From the IMG/VR virus record IMGVR_UViG_2698536339_000002: a stretch of 25,965 nucleotides of DNA. One strand, given 5' to 3'. This DNA comes from a virus (Duplodnaviria > Heunggongvirae > Uroviricota > Caudoviricetes). The position numbers and the translations under genes were made by a program. The stretch's first letter is position 1; each line of letters starts with the position of its first letter. The notes under the pieces are model-generated. The model made no database searches and had not been told where the DNA came from. It saw only the letters and a program-made list of their open reading frames with translations. This document shows, one piece after another, positions 16,909 through 25,965 of this stretch.

Positions 16909-17298
16909 ATGATGTTTCTGAAACAGGGCACGTTTAATTATGAAAAACAGTCCGTGGTGCTCAGTGAGCTGTCCGGGCTGCAGAGAATTGAATATCTGGC
17001 GTTTGTTCAGCAGCGAACGGCAAAGTTTGATGCCGGGGAGGGAGAACTGCCGGAGGCTGAACGACAGATTGCTTTTCTGCGGATGGGGATGGATATCAAT
17101 GCCTGGCTGGTTTCCCGCTCACTGTGGAATGCGGATCAGTCTAAGGATGTAGAGACGCTTTGCGCATCCGTTATTACAACATGGTCGTATGATGCCCTGG
17201 GTGCGGGGGCGGAGATGGTTCTGTCGCTGAGCGGTATGGGGGCCATTGATAATGCCGGGGATGATGAGCATGAGGCGCTGACGCCGGAAAAGTCCTGA
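16909..17298 (+). CDS. G: Tail assembly chaperone gpG-like
   Basis: Starts MMFLKQG...LSELSGLQRIEYLA, as lambda G starts MFLK...LSELSALQRIEHLA. SD GGTGGAG upstream. Ends just after a candidate slippery site. Confidence 0.75.
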   Translation: MMFLKQGTFNYEKQSVVLSELSGLQRIEYLAFVQQRTAKFDAGEGELPEAERQIAFLRMGMDINAWLVSRSLWNADQSKDVETLCASVITTWSYDALGAGAEMVLSLSGMGAIDNAGDDEHEALTPEKS

Positions 17299-17636
17299 CG
17301 CGGGAAATGCAGTTTGTCATGCGGCTTGCCCGGGAGTTCCGGCGGGCAGACTGGCGGCGGATGCTGTCGGAAATGTCGGCCACTGAGCTTGGTGAGTGGG
17401 GCGATTATTTCCGGATGCAGAGCTTCAGTGATGTGTGGATGGATGCGCAGTTTGCCTCGCTGAAGGCATTGATCGTGAGAATGGTGTCCGGCAGCAGTGA
17501 TGCTGCGGTGGCTGATTTCAGCCTTTTACCGGAAGAGAACGGGATACCGGAGCGAACGGACGAAGAACTGATGCATCTTGGAGAAGGTATTTCCGGAGGT
17601 GTGCGTTATGGACCAGATAGCCAACCTGGTCATTGA
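17274..17636 (+). CDS. T: gpT-like segment, expressed as G-T fusion by programmed -1 frameshift
   Basis: Frame -1 relative to G is open from 17274 and overlaps the last 8 codons of G. Heptamer GGAAAAG (17286-17292) sits where lambda has GGGAAAG. The ORF has no plausible independent ribosome-binding site. Confidence 0.6.
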   Translation, partial: GADAGKVLTREMQFVMRLAREFRRADWRRMLSEMSATELGEWGDYFRMQSFSDVWMDAQFASLKALIVRMVSGSSDAAVADFSLLPEENGIPERTDEELMHLGEGISGGVRYGPDSQPGH

Positions 17637-20600
17637 TTTGGGGATTGATGCGGCAGAGTTTAAAAATGAAATTCCCCGTATCAAAAACCTTCTGAATGGT
17701 GCCGCCAGCGATGCAGAACGGTCTTCTGCCCGTATGCAGCGTTTTATGGAGCGTCAGACTCAGGCCGCCCGGCAGACAACGCAGGCGGCTTCTTCGGCTG
17801 CAACAGCCGCCTCCGTCCATGCGCAGACGGTGGAGAAGAACGCACAGGCTCATGAACGCATGGCCCGCGAGGTGGAGAAAACCCGCCAGCGCATGGAGGC
17901 GCTGAGCCAGAAAATGCGCGATGAACAGGCGCAGGCCATGGCTCTGGCGGAGGCTCAGGATAAAGCGGCTGCTGCGTTTTATCGTCAGATTGACAGTGTG
18001 AAACAGGCCAGTGCGGGGCTGCAGGAATTACAGCGTATTCAGCAGCAGATCCGACAGGCCAGAAACAGTGGCGGGATTGGTCAGCAGGATTATCTGGCGC
18101 TGATTTCTGAGGTTACGGCGAAAACCCGTGTTCTTACACAGGCTGAGGAAGAGGCTACCCGACAGAAAGTGGCGTTTATCCGTCAGCTTAAAGAGCAGGC
18201 AACCCGCCAGAATCTTTCTTCTTCTGAGTTGCTTCGTGCTAAGGCTGCCCAGCTGGGGGTAAGCAGTGCTGCAGAAGTGTATATCCGCAAAATGGAGCAG
18301 GCAGGAAAAGCAACGCATTCGCTGGGTCTGAAAAGTGCAGCGGCCCGCCAGGAGATAGGCGTTCTGATAGGTGAACTGGCCCGCGGCAATTTAGGTGCGC
18401 TGAGGGGATCCGGGATAACGCTGGCTAACCGTGCCGGATGGATAGACACACTGATGTCACCGAAAGGCATGATGCTGGGCGGGGTTATTGGCGGTATTGC
18501 CGCGGCCGTCTATGGTCTGGGTAAAGCCTGGTATGACGGTCAGAAGGAGGGGGAAGAATTTAACCGCCAGTTGTCGCTGACGGGGCATTATGCCGGAGTC
18601 ACTGCCGGGCAGCTGTGGACGCTTAGTCGTGCTATTTCCGGGAATGGTATCACGCAACATGCTGCAGCCGGTGCGCTGGCTCAGGTGGTGGGGAGTGGTG
18701 CATTTCGTGGAAACGATATCGGTATGGTGGCGAGAGCTGCCGCACAGATGGAGCGATCGGTTGGCCAGTCGGTCAGCGATACCATAAATCAGTTTAAGCG
18801 GCTGAAGGATGATCCTGTAAATGCCGCGAAGGCTCTGGACAATGAGCTGCATTTTCTTACTGCCACTCAGCTTGAGCAGATACGCGTCCTTGGGGAACAG
18901 GGGCGGTCCAGTGATGCGGCACGGATAGCCATGTCTGCACTGGCAGAGGAAACCGGTCGGCGTACTGCGGATATTGATAATAACCTCAATGCGCTGGGCA
19001 GTACGCTGAAGTATCTGTCTGATTTATGGAGTCGTTTCTGGGATGCGGCCATGAATATTGGTCGTGAAGACTCGCTGGATGAACAGATTTCCGCTTTACA
19101 GGAGAAAGTGTCGCGGGCGAAAAGACTCCCCTGGACGGCATCATCTTCTCAGGTTGAGTACGATCAGCAGCGTCTTAACGAGCTTCAGGAGAAAAAACGC
19201 CAGAAGGATTTGCAGGATGCAAAAGAGCAGGCAGAGCGGAATTATCAGGAGCAACAGAAACGCCGTAATGCTGAAAATGCTGCACTGAACCGGATGAATG
19301 AAACGGAAGCAGCACGACATCAGCGTGAAATTGCGCGTATTAATTCCATGCAGTACGCCGATCAGGCTGTCAGGGATGCGGCGATACAACGTGAAAATGA
19401 ACGTTACGAGAAAGCCCTGGCATCCGGTAAGAAAAAAACACGCGAACCCCGTAATGATGAGGCCACCCGGTTATTGCTGCAGTACAGTCAGCAACAGGCA
19501 CAGGTGGAAGGACAGATTGCTGCTGCCAGACAGTCAGCAGGCATTGCCACGGAAAGGATGACAGAAGCGCATAAACAGCTTCTGGCTCTGCAGCAGCGCA
19601 TCAGCGACCTGGACGGGAAAAAACTGACGGCAGATGAAAAGAGTGTGCTGGCCCGTAAAGATGAACTGATTCAGGCACTGACGCTGCTGGATGTAAAACA
19701 GCAGGAGCTTCAGAAACAGACGGCACTCAACGAGCTGAAGAAAAAAACAATTCAGCTGACCAGTCAACTGGCTGAAGAAGAGCGCGCTCAGCGTCAGCAA
19801 CATGACCTGGATATCGCCACGGTGGGTATGGGTGATCAGCAGCGGCAGCGATATCAGGTACAACTGAGTCTTCGCCAGAAATACCAGCAACAGCTGGAGC
19901 AGTTGAGGCGGGATAGTGAGCAGAAAGGAACATATAACACGGATGACTACAGAAAGGCCGAGCAGGCGCTGACGGAGAGCCTGAACCGACAACTGAATGA
20001 GAATCGCCGTTACTGGCAACAGCTTGAAGTTGTGCAGGGTAACTGGAAAAACGGAGTCCTGCGTGCATTTCAGGATTTTACCGTGGATGCAGATAATACG
20101 GCAGGAACAGCAGAACAGGTGTTCTCGTCAGCCTTCAGCAACATGGGAAATGGCCTGGCAACTTTTGTCACTACCGGCAAACTCAATTTCAAATCCTTCA
20201 CCTCTTCTGTGCTGTCAGATATGGCGAAAATCCTGGCGCAGGCAACCATGATGAAATCGATAAAAGGGATTGGCAGTGTACTGGGATTTGATCTCAACAG
20301 CCTTTCCCTGAATGCCAATGGGGGGATTTATCAGTCTGCTGATTTGAGTCGTTACAGTGGCACGGTGGTTAACCGTCCGACGTTTTTTGCTTTTGCAAAA
20401 GGCGCGGGTGTGATGGGGGAAGCGGGACCTGAAGCCATTCTGCCACTGCGTCGTGGTGCTGACGGTAAGCTGGGGGTTGTGGCGGATATTGGTGGTTCAG
20501 GTATGGCGATGTTTGCCCCGCAGTACAACATCGAGATCAATAACGATGGCACGAACGGGCAGATAGGTCCGGCTGCCCTGAAGGTGGTTTATGACCTCGG

Positions 20601-20673
20601 GAAAAAAGCGGCAGCGGACTTTATGCAACAGCAGGCCCGTGATGGTGGTCGGTTAAGTGGAGCATATCGGTAA
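17608..20673 (+). CDS. H: Tail tape measure protein gpH-like
   Basis: About 1021-aa ORF, Ala/Gln/Glu/Arg-rich coiled-coil-like, with a Gly-rich hydrophobic segment (MMLGGVIGGIAAAVYGLG). SD GGAGG before ATG 17608. Lambda-order position after G/T. Confidence 0.85.
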   Translation: MDQIANLVIDLGIDAAEFKNEIPRIKNLLNGAASDAERSSARMQRFMERQTQAARQTTQAASSAATAASVHAQTVEKNAQAHERMAREVEKTRQRMEALSQKMRDEQAQAMALAEAQDKAAAAFYRQIDSVKQASAGLQELQRIQQQIRQARNSGGIGQQDYLALISEVTAKTRVLTQAEEEATRQKVAFIRQLKEQATRQNLSSSELLRAKAAQLGVSSAAEVYIRKMEQAGKATHSLGLKSAAARQEIGVLIGELARGNLGALRGSGITLANRAGWIDTLMSPKGMMLGGVIGGIAAAVYGLGKAWYDGQKEGEEFNRQLSLTGHYAGVTAGQLWTLSRAISGNGITQHAAAGALAQVVGSGAFRGNDIGMVARAAAQMERSVGQSVSDTINQFKRLKDDPVNAAKALDNELHFLTATQLEQIRVLGEQGRSSDAARIAMSALAEETGRRTADIDNNLNALGSTLKYLSDLWSRFWDAAMNIGREDSLDEQISALQEKVSRAKRLPWTASSSQVEYDQQRLNELQEKKRQKDLQDAKEQAERNYQEQQKRRNAENAALNRMNETEAARHQREIARINSMQYADQAVRDAAIQRENERYEKALASGKKKTREPRNDEATRLLLQYSQQQAQVEGQIAAARQSAGIATERMTEAHKQLLALQQRISDLDGKKLTADEKSVLARKDELIQALTLLDVKQQELQKQTALNELKKKTIQLTSQLAEEERAQRQQHDLDIATVGMGDQQRQRYQVQLSLRQKYQQQLEQLRRDSEQKGTYNTDDYRKAEQALTESLNRQLNENRRYWQQLEVVQGNWKNGVLRAFQDFTVDADNTAGTAEQVFSSAFSNMGNGLATFVTTGKLNFKSFTSSVLSDMAKILAQATMMKSIKGIGSVLGFDLNSLSLNANGGIYQSADLSRYSGTVVNRPTFFAFAKGAGVMGEAGPEAILPLRRGADGKLGVVADIGGSGMAMFAPQYNIEINNDGTNGQIGPAALKVVYDLGKKAAADFMQQQARDGGRLSGAYR

Positions 20674-21002
20674 TGGAGACGTTTCACTGGAAAGTGCGCC
20701 CGGATATGAATGTGGTATCAGAGCCGAAAGTGGTGACAGTGAAGCTGGGCGATGGTTATGAACAGCGTCGTGCGGCGGGACTGAATAACCAGTTGTCGAT
20801 TTACAGCGTGACGATACGTGTTCGTAAATGTGAACACCCATCTTTAAAAGCCTTTCTGGAACGGCACGGTGGCGTCCGCGCATTTCAGTGGACGCCACCT
20901 TATGACTGGAAGCCGATCAGGGTGGTTTGTCGTAAATGGTCGGCAAGCGTGGGGGCGCTGTGGATAACCATAACGGCAGATTTTGAACAGGTCGTGGCAT
21001 AG
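20673..21002 (+). CDS. M: Minor tail protein gpM-like
   Basis: 109 aa. Motifs F.WKV.P.M ... FGDGY.QR ... YSVT ... FLE.HGG ... WTPPY.W matching recalled lambda gpM. Confidence 0.85.
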   Translation: METFHWKVRPDMNVVSEPKVVTVKLGDGYEQRRAAGLNNQLSIYSVTIRVRKCEHPSLKAFLERHGGVRAFQWTPPYDWKPIRVVCRKWSASVGALWITITADFEQVVA

Positions 21003-21011
21003 GAGGCTCTG

Positions 21012-21710
21012 ATGCAGGATATTCCACAGGAAACACATCATGAGACGACACGCCTCACTCAGTCAGCCCAGGTGGTGCTCTGGGAAATCGATCTGACAGA
21101 GGTCGGTGGTGAACGTTATTTTTTCTGTAATGAGCAGAACGAAAAAGGTGAGCCGGTTACCTGGCAGGGGCGGCAGTATCAGGCATACCCCATTCAGGGG
21201 ACGGGATTTGAACTGAATGGCAAGGGCAGTGCTGCCCGTCCGACACTGACGGTTTCTAACCTGCACGGCATGGTCACCGGGATGGCGGAAGACCTGCAGA
21301 GTCTGGTCGGCGGAACGGTGGTCCGGCGTAAGGTTTACGCCCGTTTTCTGGATGCGGTGAACTTCGTCAACGGAAACAGTGACGCCGATCCGGAGCAGGA
21401 GGTGATTAGCCGCTGGCGCATCGAGCAGTGCAGCGAACTGAGCGCGGTGAGTGCCTCTTTTGTACTGTCCACGCCGACGGAAACGGACGGTGCCGTTTTT
21501 CCGGGACGTATCATGCTGGCCAACACCTGCACCTGGACCTATCGCGGTGACGAGTGCGGTTATCACGGTCCGGCGGTCGCGGATGAATATGATCAGCCGA
21601 CGTCCGATATCACGAAGGATAAATGCAGCAAATGCCTGAGCGGCTGTAAGTTCCGCAATAATGTCGGCAACTTTGGCGGCTTCCTTTCCATTAACAAACT
21701 TTCGCAGTGA
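21012..21710 (+). CDS. L: Minor tail protein gpL-like (Cys cluster)
   Basis: 232 aa, the same length as lambda L. C-terminal cysteine cluster (CTWTYRGDECGY ... CSKCLSGC) consistent with the metal/Fe-S site of gpL. Confidence 0.85.
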   Translation: MQDIPQETHHETTRLTQSAQVVLWEIDLTEVGGERYFFCNEQNEKGEPVTWQGRQYQAYPIQGTGFELNGKGSAARPTLTVSNLHGMVTGMAEDLQSLVGGTVVRRKVYARFLDAVNFVNGNSDADPEQEVISRWRIEQCSELSAVSASFVLSTPTETDGAVFPGRIMLANTCTWTYRGDECGYHGPAVADEYDQPTSDITKDKCSKCLSGCKFRNNVGNFGGFLSINKLSQ

Positions 21711-22459
21711 ATCCCATGACAGAGACAGAATCAGCGATTCTGGCGCACGCCCGGCGATGTGCGCCAGCGGAGTCGTGCGGCTTCGTGGTGAGAACACCGG
21801 AGGGGGAAAGATATTTTCCCTGCGTGAATATCTCTGGTGAGCCGGAGGCGTATTTCCGGATGTCGCCGGAGGACTGGCTGAGTGCAGAAATGCAGGGAGA
21901 GATTGTGGCGCTGGTCCACAGCCACCCCGGTGGTCTGCCCTGGCTGAGTGAGGCCGACCGGCGGCTGCAGGTGCAGAGTGATTTGCCGTGGTGGCTGGTC
22001 TGCCGGGGGGCGATTCATAAATTCCGCTGTGTGCCGCATCTCACCGGGCGGCGCTTTGAGCACGGGGTGACGGACTGTTACACGCTGTTCCGGGACGCTT
22101 ACCATCTGGCGGGAATTGAGATGCCGGATTTTCATCGCGGGGATGACTGGTGGCGTCACGGCCAGAATCTCTATCTTGACAATATGGAGGCAACGGGTTT
22201 TTACCGTGTCCCACTGACAGAGGCGCAGCCTGGCGACGTGCTGCTGTGCTGTTTTGGTTCATCGGTGCCGAATCATGCCGCCATTTACTGTGGCGACGGC
22301 GAGCTGCTGCACCATATTCCTGAACAACTGAGTAAACGAGAGAGGTACACCGACAAATGGCAGCGACGCACACACTCCCTCTGGCGTCACCGGGCATGGC
22401 ACGCATCTGCCTTTACGGGGATTTGCAACGATTTGGTCGCCGTATCGACCTTCGTGTGA
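21707..22459 (+). CDS. K: Tail tip assembly protein gpK-like (MPN/JAMM + NlpC/P60 domains)
   Basis: JAMM-like H-S-H-x-G-G ... S-x-x-D motif (VHSHPGG...SEADRR) followed by an NlpC/P60-like Cys...His segment (TDCYTLF ... HAAIY). Start overlaps the L stop. Confidence 0.8.
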   Translation: MNPMTETESAILAHARRCAPAESCGFVVRTPEGERYFPCVNISGEPEAYFRMSPEDWLSAEMQGEIVALVHSHPGGLPWLSEADRRLQVQSDLPWWLVCRGAIHKFRCVPHLTGRRFEHGVTDCYTLFRDAYHLAGIEMPDFHRGDDWWRHGQNLYLDNMEATGFYRVPLTEAQPGDVLLCCFGSSVPNHAAIYCGDGELLHHIPEQLSKRERYTDKWQRRTHSLWRHRAWHASAFTGICNDLVAVSTFV

Positions 22460-23004
22460 AAACGGGGGCTGAAGCCATCCGGGCACTGGCCACACAGCTC
22501 CCGGTGTTTCGTCAGAAACTGAATGAGGGCTGGTATCAGGTGCGCATTGCCGGGCGTGATGCAGGCGAAAATGAATTATCTGCCCGTCTTAATGAGCCGC
22601 TGGCAAATGGTGCCGTGATCCACATCGTGCCGCGTCTGGCGGGAGCTAAAAGTGGCGGTGTGTTTCAGGTGGTGCTTGGGGCGGCGCTGATTGCGGTGGC
22701 ATGGTGGAACCCTGTGGGCTGGCTGGGGGCCGCGGCTGTATCGGGCATGTATGCGGCAGGGGCCAGTATGATCCTGGGCGGAGTGGCGCAGATGCTGGCA
22801 CCGAAAGCCAGGACGCCCACGGCAGCCAGTACAGATAACGGCAAACAGAACACCTATTTCTCCTCACTGGATAACATGGTTGCCCAGGGCAATGTTCTGC
22901 CTGTTCTGTACGGTGAAATGCGCGTGGGGTCACGCGTGGTTTCTCAGGAGATCAGCACGGCAGACGAAGGGGACGGTGGTCAGGTTGTGGTGATTGGTCG
23001 CTGA
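22357..23004 (+). CDS. I: Tail assembly protein gpI-like
   Basis: Overlaps the end of K as I does in lambda. Hydrophobic Gly/Ala-rich central segment. The true start may be the internal ATG at 22396. Confidence 0.7.
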   Translation: MAATHTLPLASPGMARICLYGDLQRFGRRIDLRVKTGAEAIRALATQLPVFRQKLNEGWYQVRIAGRDAGENELSARLNEPLANGAVIHIVPRLAGAKSGGVFQVVLGAALIAVAWWNPVGWLGAAAVSGMYAAGASMILGGVAQMLAPKARTPTAASTDNGKQNTYFSSLDNMVAQGNVLPVLYGEMRVGSRVVSQEISTADEGDGGQVVVIGR

Positions 23005-23022
23005 TGCAAAATGTTTTATGTG

Positions 23023-23050
23023 AAACCGCCTCCGGGCGGTTTTGTCGTTT
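23023..23050 (+). terminator. Candidate hairpin / weak terminator between I and J
   Basis: AACCGCC / TCCG / GGCGGTT stem-loop followed by an interrupted T-tract (TTTGTCGTTT). Confidence 0.35.
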
Positions 23051-23061
23051 ATGGAGCGTGA

Positions 23062-25965
<2,904 letters not shown>

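Overview
This window is the late region of a lambda-like (lambdoid) prophage from an enterobacterial host, read across the cos junction. It runs from the antiterminator Q, through a phage-21-type lysis cassette and a lambda-like cos site, into a complete lambda-order head and tail gene set ending in a 3'-truncated J. Two AT-rich insertions interrupt this backbone. The first (1801..3262) is an antisense two-gene cassette between Q and the lysis genes, encoding a 308-aa soluble protein and a 182-aa four-helix membrane protein with no motifs I recognise; it is the best candidate for an undescribed system, plausibly abortive infection or defence. The second (6690..7796) is a small ORF plus a ClpP-fold serine peptidase in the position lambda uses for bor. 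All calls rest on reading the sequence and recalled family features; no searches were run, and composition estimates are by eye.
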